A stretch of 64,000 bases of DNA, taken from NCBI GenBank assembly GCA_907165135.1, contig OU015567.1, positions 10,292,001-10,356,000 on the forward strand, read 5' to 3'. The notes below the pieces were generated by a model. It was given only the letters and a program-made list of their open reading frames with translations. It was not told the origin of the DNA and did no database searches. Numbering within the stretch: the first letter of the stretch is position 1; each line of letters opens with the position of its first letter. This DNA comes from Oikopleura dioica. Taxonomy: Eukaryota > Animalia > Chordata. Below, one piece after another: positions 28,871 through 40,886 of this stretch. The position numbers and the translations under genes are program-made.

Positions 28871-29999
28871 TGATTAGCATTCTAAAACCACGAATTTCAA
28901 GACACAAGAAATAGCAATTGTTTTTTCGATATTTTATAATGTATTCGAATCGTTGTGAGAAAAGAAGGTGCAACAAGGTTCATTTCTTCGGGAATATTTT
29001 TTTCAGAATATTTTGTGAAGAACATGATTTTCGGGTTGTCTATTGAGTATAATGAGGGAATGAAATGGAGGTAAAGTATTCCGGAAGTATAGAAGAAGCG
29101 ATCTCAGACCTATCAGAGCATTTTGTTCTATCGTTTTTTTTTTGCTTGACAAAGAGAAACCCTAAAGTTAACAAATAAAGCGACAAAACAAAAAGTCAAG
29201 GTCGTCAAGGATCAGAAATAAGTGACAAGGTTACAGTAAAAAATAAAAAGATAAAGAACGGGTTGAAATGGGCCTTTGGCGAGGTTGGTGAAAATTCATT
29301 TATGGCGAAATTGGATTTAGATTAAAATTTTCTTCTTCAGAAATGAATACCATCAATCTCCGCCCGTCTAAAATTCCCAGGTGAGTCAGAAGCCCGACGG
29401 TCTATTACTGGCAATTTGTCAGTAAATTGGACCGACATTTGTAACCGATCGATCTTGCTAAAGTTGAACTTGTGAACTTTGGCCTTGGATTTTTGAACGG
29501 GCGAAAAATGATCGAGCTTCAATTTTCCAACCAAATTTATATAAAAAGCTAAGCTGAAGAAAACAAAATGAAAAAAGGTCTCTTTCAATCGTGTCACGTG
29601 ACTAATAATTCAGTCTTTTTGCGGTGAATTGTTTGAAATCATTAAAGTTATGGAAGAAAACTCAAAAAAGAAAGTTTTGTAAGTGTTTTAAAGTTTCGTT
29701 GAGTCTTAAAGTTTTGTTTGCTTTTTAGAAACACAGACAGCTACAGGTGTTTTTTTTTTCAAGTTTCGAGTTGGTGTTTTTGTTCGATTGTGCGAGTGTT
29801 GGCGCGTGGCCAGCGCAGGAAAAAGCAACTCGAGTTGCCACTAAACAACTCGACAGCTTTTAAATTTAGCCCGTTTCGGCAAGAAGCTCTGGTGTTCTAT
29901 TTTGTTGGGCGAAGCAGTGAGCGATCACGTGATGTGGAAGTGTGGAACGATGTGGAGAAGTAAAAGGACTGGACTTGACGTTTTTAGGTGAACTCTTCT

Positions 30000-32900
30000 T
30001 CAAGGGACCACGATCGCACTGTCAGTACTAATGTGGCTTATTGCCTCGTCAGAAACGGAGCTGGTGGCGGGTTCGGAGTCCTTGCGCGCGCTTGGAGAGG
30101 CAGAACTCGTCGACAGGGCCTTGGGCGTGAGGCTGCGATCCATCCGGCCGTCGTGCGGAGCAGAGAGAATATTTCCCTGATGATCCGCGTAGAAGAGCCC
30201 CAACGATTTTCCACGGCTCTTGCGAGCTTCTGTTGCTGATTCGCGGCGAACTTTTATGGAATCAAGATTTGTTTTTGAATTATGCAACTTTAAAGTATAA
30301 ACTTCGTTAGCCTACTTTTCATCTATAGAGTCACGATTATTTGTCATCTACTGTAGATGATCTACATGTAGCGCCTTATCACCCTCCTGTCCTAAGAAAG
30401 GTCAATTTTGATCAAGTTTGACTAGTGAATTAATTATTTGAATAAATGGTCGTTCTGAACTGATCTCAATCCATTCCTTTTCCATTCGTTTGGAAGACAT
30501 ACATGACCTCTTCTTCTATAGATCCGTCTTCGCTTAAAATTCTGATCTGCCCGGAGCCATAGTGAGAGCCGCCGTACTTCTTGTAGAAGCAAACGCCGAC
30601 CGATATGATGATGATGGCGAGGAGAACGCAGGAGGAAGTAATCAGCATCAGTGTCAGCCTAAAAAAGAAAGTAATCATCGATTAGGCCCGTTAGCCTGCG
30701 CGTTATAGAACAAAAATAAATCAATAAAACGCTTCGAAAGAGCTTGAAGCTTTTAGGGCCAGAACTGTCAACTTACAGACAGCTACATTTACCATTTGAG
30801 GAAAAGAAATTAGCTTTAAAATTGAGCAAACAAAATTAACCTATCAAAACGAATCAGCACATTTTCCAGCTAAACTTGATAATTCAAATGAATTTCAGAA
30901 AATTGATTTTCATTAAACTACGTATCAAAAATATCTTAAAGTCTGAGACGTGCGTCAGCGATAAAAAAAACGATCTCCACCCATCAATAATCGCCCAGTA
31001 ATTGATCTGCTGGTCCGTGAGAACAAATACGGGCGGGCAAAAATCATCCCCCGACACCTCCCCAGACAGTAGACTGGTATTTTCTCACAGTAACGTAAGC
31101 AGGCCTCGGAAACTATTTTTATTGCGTTACTTTTTCCTGTTATTTCAAAATAAAACGCTCTTTTTCGACGGACAAGGAGAATCTTGGAAGAAAACCTATG
31201 ATGTCTTTTGCTGATCGATGATCAGTCACGAGGTCACGTGTGTTCTTTTGGGTATATATTTAAAAGAGCTTATGGCTACATGTAGCCTGCTGCTGTGTGC
31301 CATTATAAGACCAGTCAGAAAATGGCAGTAGATCTTGTCAAATCTTCGAATTTTTCGCGCGTCTTTTAGTGTGTCATCAGTAGATCCAAAAACTTGATAA
31401 AAGCTAAATTAGCTACCGCGATTATCATTCCTGAATGACGGACTCTCATCCGTCATTCAGTCGTTTGGACATTTTACAATGCAAAATTTGTCCGAACGAG
31501 CGAAAATTGCGTGGGCGGCCCTGATTGTCCCGTCACTCAGAAATGATAATCATGGTATAATATTATATTAGTGCTCGGGAAAAACAGTTTACGCCTGGCT
31601 GAATTCGACAACAACGATTTCAGGAGAGCCTATACTGGATAGGGAGCATATTGAGTTTCAACGAAAACTTCTTTCTCAAAATCGAGAAGCCGCTTGCGGC
31701 CTCGTTCAAACGAAAAATATAAACGCGGCTTTAGCGGCTCTTTTACTCGCAGCCGCAAGCGGTTTCTTGATTTTCAGTTAGATTCGGTTTCTATTTTTCC
31801 GTCCCTTGCTGCGTATCATGCATAATTAAGGATCTGCCACTTTTCGATGAGGAATCTCATTAGGAATTCAGCTTTCTCGCTGTGATATGGTCTCGTGAGC
31901 CAAAAATAATAAAATAGAATGGATAAAATAGAATTTTTTATTCTGTAGTTCAATAATTGAACCTTCGCCAGTAGGAGAAGCTCCTTAGAATTTATATCAT
32001 AAGGTCAATGCATATTGATAGAGTTCCAGTTCGAATTCGATTTTCTAAAAGAATTGAGAATATTTGAGTGTGAAGTTTTTACGAGTTTACACTTTTCTTT
32101 CCAAGTTCTTCTGTTTAGTTTCATCGTAAAAATGGAAATTCTCATGGCTACGAAAATAGAGCGTCTACTTTTACTGTTGGAAATTTCCAGAGGGCTAAAG
32201 CAAGTAGGGTTAAAGTCGAAAAGTGGTAGTTTCAAGGCAAGACAGTATCAACGCCATCTCGAGATTGACGCAAATTTACTGTGTTTGGCAAGTTTCCCAT
32301 TATAAGAAATTTAAGGGAGAAGAGCTCTGAGACGAGTTTTTTACGATTATTAGTTGTAATACGGGGGTTTTTGGCGGATGACGTGTGAATGTGTGTTTTG
32401 AAGTTTTATTACCGGAAAAGGGCTGGAGTGAAAAGGTTCCTTTTGATTCCAGATTTTGATTTAAAAAAACAACGAGAAATTATTTTACGATTGTTTACGA
32501 AAATCATGTTATTGAGAAGCCTCGTTTGAAAAGGGGGACCAGGGCTGGATATTTTGAAATCAACAAAAATCTCAAACCCCGAAAAAAACATGAATCATCA
32601 TCTCATCCGTTTCAAAAATGCAATCTCAGAAAATTTTCTGTCTGAGATCTCAATTTTCGATTTTGCAAAAAAATGATATTTGAAATGCTGAGATCTCAAT
32701 TATCTCAGAAAACTGCGTGAGTTGGATACGCGTGTTGCAATGAAATGAAATTTGAAATTCTGAGATCTCAAGCATTTCAGGTCCATCTGAACCAATCACA
32801 AGTCTTGCTCTAAGCCCGCGACGTTTGTCCGCGGCCCTCGCGCGGTTTGCAAAATTTTGAGATTTGAGATCTCGAGATCTCAGCAATCTCAAGAATGGAA

Positions 32901-33233
32901 AAAATTATGACGAGGGAGTTGCAATAATATTGAAATTTGAGATTTGTTGAGATGGTGCAAAATTTTGAGATAGAAATGAGATAAAAATTGATTTGAAATT
33001 TTTGCTGATTTCAAAATATCCAGCCCTGAGGGGGACTCTCTGGTGATTATTTTTCGAAAATTCTGGCGAAAATGATGAATCGATTCGCGGAAGAAGGGCC
33101 AAAGAATGAGAGAAAACCTCTGATTTTTAAAGACATCGGCCACAGCTTCGGTCATTTGCATTTCGCCTGTGGTTGCATTTTGCGCCGCAGCGAGCCACGG
33201 CAACGAAACGACGAGGATTCTTCGTAAAGTCTT
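30000..33233 (-). CDS. Possible small single-pass membrane protein (tentative exon chain)
   Basis: Signal-like MKTLRRILVVSLPWLAAAQN at ~33130-33233; TM segment LMLITSSCVLLAIIIISVGVCFYKK at ~30570-30660 with acceptor and donor; Ser-rich segment at 30000-30240. Splice phases could not be fully reconciled. Confidence 0.3.
31678..31774. repeat. Short palindromic element (~23-bp inverted arms)
   Basis: AAAATCGAGAAGCCGCTTGCGGC ... GCCGCAAGCGGTTTCTTGATTTT, 2 mismatches. Confidence 0.7.
32540..33028. mobile_element. hAT-like MITE
   Basis: ~37-bp TIR CAGGGCTGGATATTTTGAAATCA(A/G)CAAAAAT(C/T)TCAAA; 8-bp TSD AGGGGGAC at 32532-39 and 33029-36; internal TGAGATCTCA palindromes. Confidence 0.93.
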
Positions 33234-35353
33234 CATCTCTTTCTTCAAATTGGTATTTTTGCAGAGATTTTTTCGTAACTTCTCATTTTTCTTCTTTCAG
33301 CTTCTCTTTTCGATTTTTCTTCGTTGTCAAATCTCTCTTTTTTCTTCTTTGATAAAAGGATTAGAAAGGGTGTAAAAACAGGCCTTTTCTTGACACTTGC
33401 TTTTGGCGATGAAAAAATTAAAGGAGAATAAAGAGGCGGGCTGCTGTTTTGTGTAGATTTCGCCCTATGGCCGCGGCGCAGCCCGAGCGCGCGAAGTCGG
33501 AACTCGCGAGCGCCCCACTCGATAACTTTAATTCCGACTCGAAAACCTCGATCGAGCCAGTTCGCCCAGCTGAAAATCGCTCTAATTCGAGCCGATAAAG
33601 GAGACCGAACTAACTGCTAACCGTGAAGTCGCCTGCGGCTTCGAGTGAAGGAATAAATTAGCCGCGTGTAGCGCGGCTTTTGCTTTTTCGTTCGAAGCCG
33701 CAAAAGACTTCTCGGACGATTTTTAATAAGGAATTCTGAGTGAAATTCTTACCCCCCTTTTTTATTAGCTCATTGGAAAGAGCGTAAAAAGTTATTCCAG
33801 AATCGCCCGGAAAAGGATGAAATTTCCAAAGAAATGACGTCATGGCACGATTCACAGCACGATTCACAGCTAGATCTATTCAAAAGTTTGTTAATAAATA
33901 CGATTATCATTTGGGAAATCAAAATTTTAATTAAACATTATTCAGAATCGTTTTTCTTCTTGAAACCATGAAAATGCCTTGGTAGATCCTCCTCAGACAA
34001 AATCAGACGTCGATCCTCTTCATATCCTTGAGTTTGACGTCAGAAAACTCCTCTATTGGAAGCACTCTTCTGCATAATGCATACGAATACCGATGAGGAG
34101 GATTTTAGATTAACCTTTTTGGCTGGAAAAGAAATTAGTTTTCAAAAAATGATATAAAATTTTCAAATATCCAATTCGAAATGAATCTCCATTTTCTTTA
34201 TTTCAAAATTTCGAACACTTGAATAGATTCTGATAATAAAAGAGAATAGATCTGTATATTTTATTCCCCAGGGTAATATGTAAGATTAGCCGGGCATGTT
34301 CACTTGCAATCCTTTCATCCTTTATTACAAGATCAACTGATGACGTCGAGTTTTCCGACACGCCAGACTTGAGGGGTCTTTTTTCGTTGATTTCCTCCCT
34401 CAGCACTTTTTCTGCAAAAGTCAATCGAGAACATTTTTCCTTGAAAGCGTCGTCTCTAAAAGGACAGGCAAGATGTTGGATCCAGTGAAGTGAGGAAGGA
34501 GTAAATATCAAACCCTCAAATTTGCACTCTTTATCTCGAGCTGTTTGTTTTTGGCCAGCGACTGGGGCCCACCTGACCAGCTGCTTGGTCTGCTCTTAAT
34601 TAAATTGACATTTTACGATGCTCAAATTAGAATCAGAAAAAAATGTATGACGAGAATAACATCCGATGCCAAATGATCTTCACGTGATTCCTGATTCTTG
34701 AATGCGTGAATCTTAATGAATAGAAAACCTAATAATTTTACGATCTGCTTATTATTTTCTCACGCGTTTGAGAAAATCGAAAGCCTAACATGAAAAGTGG
34801 AGGTTCATTACTTCGAAAATAAGCGGTTATGATTTCAATTTGCATCACGGAGTTCCTCAATGAACTTGATGCAAGAAAAAAAAACGCAAATAATAGTAGT
34901 GCTATTTGCCTTGGTTAGGCATTTCAGCTGGAAAATATTTAGCTTGGCCTCAATTTTTAGCTCTATCCTGAGCAGATCTTGTTGATGTTTGAGGAAGATA
35001 ACGAGCCTGAAATCGAAAAAAGAAAATCGCAGAAGTTAATCCGCCACGGAATCCTCGAAATGTTCAAATATTTGGAACCTGATTTGAATCACACCCCTTG
35101 CCCGAGCAATTACGCGCTTGAAACTTGCAGAAAACGTAATCTCATAAACTTTTCATATTCAAGGAATTTTCTAAAAAGATGCCTTTCAAAATTTTATGAC
35201 TTCGCTGATTCCACCTGCTGAATTTTCAACAAAAGAAAGCCTCGAAAAGATTAATTATTAATTATAAAAATGGAAGATTCTGTTTCTCATTTTTATTTGA
35301 AGGAAGAGCAGAAATGCAGTCTTTTCTTTGTTGGTTCCAAAAATAGCGAGCTT

Positions 35354-36083
35354 TTATTGTGAAATGCCTCGTTGCCATGTAGACCGGGTTCGCTGGTACT
35401 CAGTTTCGCGCCAGTAGCCACGCTAAAGTTAGAATTAGTAATTAACGATTTCTGTAACGCACAAAGATGTTTTCATTATTTACTTGTCTTTGAGTGAACC
35501 ACAGTCATCTGGCCGAGTCACTCATGAAATATTAAGAACCTACTATTGACGCAAAACTATTGAAATGTTTTTCAATTGACGACTTCTGATGAGTCAAAAT
35601 ATTAATTTCAGTAGTTATTTTAATTTAAATTGAAAGCTGGATGTCTCGCAAAAAAAAACAAAAACTGGCACTGACCTTTAGCGGAGCTGGTTTCTCGTTC
35701 TCATTTGTCAGATCGTTGGACCAGAGTCCATTTTCGTCAAAGCCGGCCTTGGATAGTTCGAGTTCATCGAGTTTTGTTTGGATCTCGTCACGTGGAAGTT
35801 GACCAAGCGAGCCCCATTCCCGTACCCAATCTACTTTGTTGACGGTAATTGTGATTTTGCCAGCGCCATTATAACCAGTTCGAGTTCTGAAGTTCTGCTT
35901 ATTTTGGGCTGCCATTTAAAGGCTGGGTTACCTTATATCGAGATTTTCAGTTGATCCCGTATTTAATGGCACAGCAAACACACCAGCAAGAGCTGAAATA
36001 GTAAGATTAAAAGTCGCTAAAGAAAAGAGTTCCGGTCGAAAAGTATCCGATATTAGGTTACCTAAGAAGAAAGAGAACTTCAT
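35354..36083 (-). CDS. Predicted 120-aa secreted protein / possible prepropeptide (4 exons)
   Basis: Exons 36083-36062, 35992-35932, 35886-35676 and 35422-35354 join in frame through GT-AG introns to give MKFSFFLALAGVFA (signal peptide)...PAPLKRGYWRETEYQRTRSTWQRGISQ*. Confidence 0.6.
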
Positions 36084-36345
36084 CGCCGGCCGTTTATCTC
36101 TTTCGACGTAAAGCCAAAATAAGTTTACAGTCAGATCTGTAAAGTCTCCTGCCGCACCATGTTTACGCTCTGGATCCAAGCACAAACATTGCAAACATTG
36201 CGTTCTGCATTTTTCTGAAACCCGGCCAAAAGCCACAAATGCAAAAGTTCATGGAGCCGGAGTTGATTGGCCTCGTCCAGGACATGTCGGATAAAGGGGT
36301 CCAAAACATCATTCTTGTTCTACTAGAATTAAAAAAAAAAATAAA

Positions 36346-39117
36346 ATGTGGAGAAAGTGTCTTATTTATGGCGCAATTTTTCTTTTAGGAAAAGGTTTAA
36401 TATCCAATGTTTTCAAGAGAAGAATTCAATTAAACCTAGCGAAAGGGGCACTGCAAATTGTTTCGACAAGAATTCAAAGATTCAGGTTATGGCCACTAGA
36501 ATTGCTCAGGGAGACTGAAGCGATAACTCAAGAAGATGCAAGAGAAGTGATTCTTTACTCCGAGTCTGGTAAGAATATGTTATATCTTGTCAGCATTTTT
36601 GTATTTTCAGCATTCTACTATTCTTTCTTCAAAAAAGCTGCTCTTGGCGGGGATCTAACACGTGATTTACGTGCTCAACATCGCGAACGGATTAACCCGT
36701 TGAAAGAATATACAATTCTTCCGGAGAGAATTTTCGCGTGGATTTATCGGAGCACAGGTGCAAAGTCTCAGTCGATGGTCTTATGGTATCTGGGGAATGT
36801 TTCGTATTTCCAGGGACTCTTATCGGTCACACTCGGAATATTGATACTCAAGCTGACGAATGTGAAAAGTGCTCTGCTAGCTCAGGCACTTTTTATTGCC
36901 ATGGGACTACGGACGTGGTTATGAATTGCTTTTATAAGTCTTGTTGATTTTTAAATAAAGGATGAGCTTAGAAGAAATAACCAAAAAATGAGAGGGTAGC
37001 CGAACAGCCCTGGCATTTTGTTTGCGCGAGAGCTTTGGAATTCCACTGTTCGTGATGAAAACTTATTTTGTCATTCGAGGAGCCACGACGGATAAGACTG
37101 GTCAATGTTCAAGGTTACTGCAAATCGTATTTGGCGTCTCGATGCTCTTGACCTGGCAGTTTTCGCAATTTCTTCTCCTGGCAGAACTTCTTGCTGTCGC
37201 GAGTTTGTTTATGTTCAACTTAGGCATGGGTTTATTATTACGATTTAAATTAACCTTACTTATTCAAAACAACATATTTTAACCGAATGAAACAGCAACG
37301 GAATCGCAATTATTGGACTTGGGACTTGTCAATTTGATCAGCTTACTCAAGGAATCGCTTGATAAAAGTTCAAGTGTGGACTTTGTCATTTTCTTCCATC
37401 GCTATTTATAATTCAATTTTCAATATCGAAAATTGACTCTTTTAATTGACACGCAGAATATAGTTAAATGAACTGACGGCTGACGCAGCAAATGTTGAGC
37501 GGTGAAAAAGGGGCACTACTTACGATATAACGACCCATTTATTATCCAGTCCTTTGCGTTATCGATTGCTTTGGGGACACAAGTTCTTAGACTGCCAGTA
37601 ATTCGCCAGTATCGAAATTATATCAAACTTCCAATCGCACTGGCGACGGGGTTATTGGTGAAGTTTGTCTTAAGTTCACTAGGAACGGAGTCAGAATGGA
37701 TCTTCCTTGATTTCATTGTGCATTTAATAGTGTCGTCATTGGAGAAAACCTAATCTGATCCCGTTAAAAGGACCATCAACTCGTAACGCGCATATAATCG
37801 AATATCTGAAAGAGCAATTAGGCCTCACTCGGACGACATTATTCTCCGCGCGGCTATATACATGCGACGATACATTTGGATACTTGCCCTTTGCGGATTG
37901 CTTAATGCTATCAAAGAATCTAATATTGCCGTTGACCGTTTTTGCGGCGTGTCTCCTGGCCTACAGAGCTTTTAGCAATGGCCTTAGCACTGGCGGCAGG
38001 ACTGTTCTCAAACCGTATCTTCGCGCCGAAAACTACATCTTTGCTCTCTCATTAATTCTCCTCTGCCTTGCAGTGCTCACCAGACGCCTCAAATTTGTCT
38101 TCATACCGTTCGGAATCATTACTGCATCATTGATGTCAGCCAAACTGGAAAATAAGATAAAATTTGGGAAATGGCTCTTTTTAGTTGCGCAGATTGCAAT
38201 CATCATCAATCATGGATTTCAAAGTTACAATTCTGTTAAACAGGTCGCATTCACACCGTCCACTTGGGAGCAAATTCAGGTATTGTAGGTGTTTACAGAG
38301 CTGCTTAAAGTATCTCTACAAGGTCCTGCAATTTATCAAGACAAATATCAAAAAACCTTCCGTTTTCACCGGAAACATGGCAACAATGGCGATGATCTAC
38401 GTCGGAACAAATCATACGGTCACCAATAATCCACACTTTGAGTCGGTCAACAGCCAAGAGGCGAATACAAAAGCATATCAAGTCTACGGCCGACAGAGTA
38501 ACCAAGAGTACTGGGAAGAATTACTCAGGCGCGGAATAACGCATGTTGTTGTAAATATGCATGAATGCGTAAGGACAGGGTTCATCTGCTCGGTTTTTCT
38601 ATGAGAATTAGTCTGGATACTGTTAATTATCTCGCAAAATATATGAGCCCATCGAAAGATCTAATGATAAAAAATGCTCTGTAGCAGACTCGATAGATCT
38701 TCATAACGGCGATGCGTCTTTTGGTAAGTCGCTGGAGCAAACAATTGATATTTTGATGATTTATTTTAAGTTGACGGAAGATTTTCGAAGAAAGAAGATT
38801 TGAAGCCACGATGGTGTTCGTTTATCAACGATGAGTACGATGTCTACAGCTATTACATGAGTTTGCCGGACGATGCGAAGAAAGAATTCAAAATTGATGA
38901 AGAGACAGCACCTTACAGGATAGTGTTAAAAGTTAATTTCATAGATCAAAAGTAGAATTTTATTCTGACGTTTTTATAACACAGTTAAAGAGACGAAAGC
39001 TCTGGAACGACTGGGCGAGAACTTTTCAATCTCATATTTGACAATGGAAATACGAAAATTTACCATGTGACGGTAGCGGCCAAACAGAAAGAATCAGATG
39101 AAATAAAATGGCTCTAG
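36346..39117 (+). CDS. DPY19L: DPY19-family C-mannosyltransferase (multi-pass ER membrane protein)
   Basis: YYSFFK; INPLKEYTILPE; LRESFGIP; LTWQFSQFLLL; RRLKFVFIP; VFTGNMATMA..VTNNPHFE; all match the DPY19 family layout. Paralog not resolved. Confidence 0.9.
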
Positions 39118-39146
39118 TATTTTCTAGTTTATTCAAATACAGTTAA

Positions 39147-39817
39147 CCTTACGACGACAAACGAAAATTTCCCCCTACGACGACAATGTGTCGTATATGA
39201 CACATTGCCTTTACTGCCCTCTAGAGGCGACTATAGAGGCCAAAGCAGGGCCTTATGCCACATTGGAACCAAAATTATACTCTGGAACAAAATTCAAGCC
39301 TCCACTCTAACCCGAACTCGAACCAAAATCCCCGAAAAAATGTATAATTTTGCCGGCGGAATATATCCTACCGACGACAATGTGTCGTATATGACACATC
39401 GCCTCTACCGCCTTCTAGAGGCCATTTTATAGGCCGAACTCCGGTCTAAATAAAAGCTCGAGCCCAAATCAGAATCTGGGACAGTTCTTAGACCCAGACA
39501 GATACCCAAACCCGACCCAGAACCCAAAAATTCAATTTCTTCTTCGGCGGAAAAAAGTCCTACCGACGACAATGTGTCATATATGACACATTTTCAATGC
39601 ATTCGTGTGTCATATACGACACACTAGTAGCGAAGCGAAATTCGCTATTCTCATGCATTTGTAGCGAAGCAGCGCCCATTAAGTTGATACCTCGTGAAAG
39701 CTTAGCGAAAAGTAGGGGCATAAAGGGGGGTCAGCGAAATTCTTAGACCATGTTACAAATGAGTAACGGGCGTTTGAAACTCTTGGTGTCATATATGACA
39801 CACTTGGCGTCGTAAGG
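39147..39817. mobile_element. piggyBac-like MITE
   Basis: TTAA at 39143-46 and 39818-21; TIR CCTTACGACG(A/C)CAA; internal repeats CGACGACAATGTGTCGTATATGACAC. Confidence 0.88.
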
Positions 39818-39893
39818 TTAAGACGATATATGAGCTTAGGCGTATTATGCAGTAAACATTTATAGCGTGTTCAAATCAGCAAGCATAATCAGA

Positions 39894-40199
39894 CTAGAAA
39901 AGAAGAAATATAGAAAATATATTACAACATACGAAAATGATAAATAAACAGAAAAGAAATGAGCTTATAGCATTGGAAAGGTATTCAACGAAACAAATAA
40001 CTTTTTGGAGGTAGGGGGCAACAAAGTTTCTGAGTCGTATACATCTCTGTTTGACATATTCAAAGACTAGTCCTGGCAAGAAAAGCAGAAAAAGAGCAAT
40101 AAATATATCGCTCACTCCACAGAATGAAAGTATTTTAAAGAATAGATTCAACCACTTTCGTAGATAATCTTCAATCCGTAGAAACACACTTCCACTCAT
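39894..40199 (-). CDS. Small hydrophobic membrane protein (paralog A of head-to-head pair)
   Basis: 101-aa ATG ORF; 15/42 ungapped identities with the ORF at 40349-40618. Confidence 0.55.
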   Translation of the reverse strand: MSGSVFLRIEDYLRKWLNLFFKILSFCGVSDIFIALFLLFLPGLVFEYVKQRCIRLRNFVAPYLQKVICFVEYLSNAISSFLFCLFIIFVCCNIFSIFLLF

Positions 40200-40348
40200 A
40201 AAAAATCCTGCTTAGTTAATTTTCTTAAAAGTAAATTACAACGTGGGGTAGCCCAGCAGATGCGCTCAAGAGTAAAATTTTAGTTTGCAGAGTGACACTC
40301 TTCGCGCAAATAGCTATTGAAATTTGAAGATATATTTAACTCGCCTCA

Positions 40349-40618
40349 ATGAGCGGCCCAATTCTCTATCATTTTTTCGAGTTCCTGCCAAGCTGGATTG
40401 TAGAGATCATCAATGTTTTGCGTAGAAGCGGGCTTAACGACATCTGGATACTTCTTTTCCTGACATTCATTCCTGCTTACTTCCTTACTTCACTTGGAGG
40501 GCGAATCGCGAATCTAATCAGAAGAGTGCTTGATATTATTTCCTATTTTATAAATGGTTATTATAGAATTCTTTACATGATGAATCCAGGTTTCAGAACG
40601 GTAAAAGATAGAACATAG
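40349..40618 (+). CDS. Small hydrophobic membrane protein (paralog B of head-to-head pair); may splice at ~40590
   Basis: 89-aa ATG ORF sharing the MSG..L..W..L...G..DI.I.LFL.F.P pattern with 39894-40199. Confidence 0.55.
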   Translation: MSGPILYHFFEFLPSWIVEIINVLRRSGLNDIWILLFLTFIPAYFLTSLGGRIANLIRRVLDIISYFINGYYRILYMMNPGFRTVKDRT

Positions 40619-40886
40619 TATTTAACTTTTGAGTTTAAGGGCTTTATCTATCTTTCAATGATTTGTGGAACACTTCTTTGCTACAAATTTCTGAACACCG
40701 TAGCAATCATCAGTACAAATAACGCAAACGTCCGAATAGAAACTATACAGAAGGAACTACTCGAGAATGGATTCGCAAGAACAAATCAGATTGGCGCTGA
40801 CCGTGGTTAGCTTCTTATCAATTTTCGAATAAACGAACATGATACGAAAATAAATTAATCATAAAAGCATCTTCGATCAAAATTTA

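Noticed and set aside
33658-35221. ORFs 33658-33867, 34203-34511 and 34979-35221
   Set aside because: No recognisable domain. An in-frame stop near 34050 and unresolved splicing prevent a supportable gene model.
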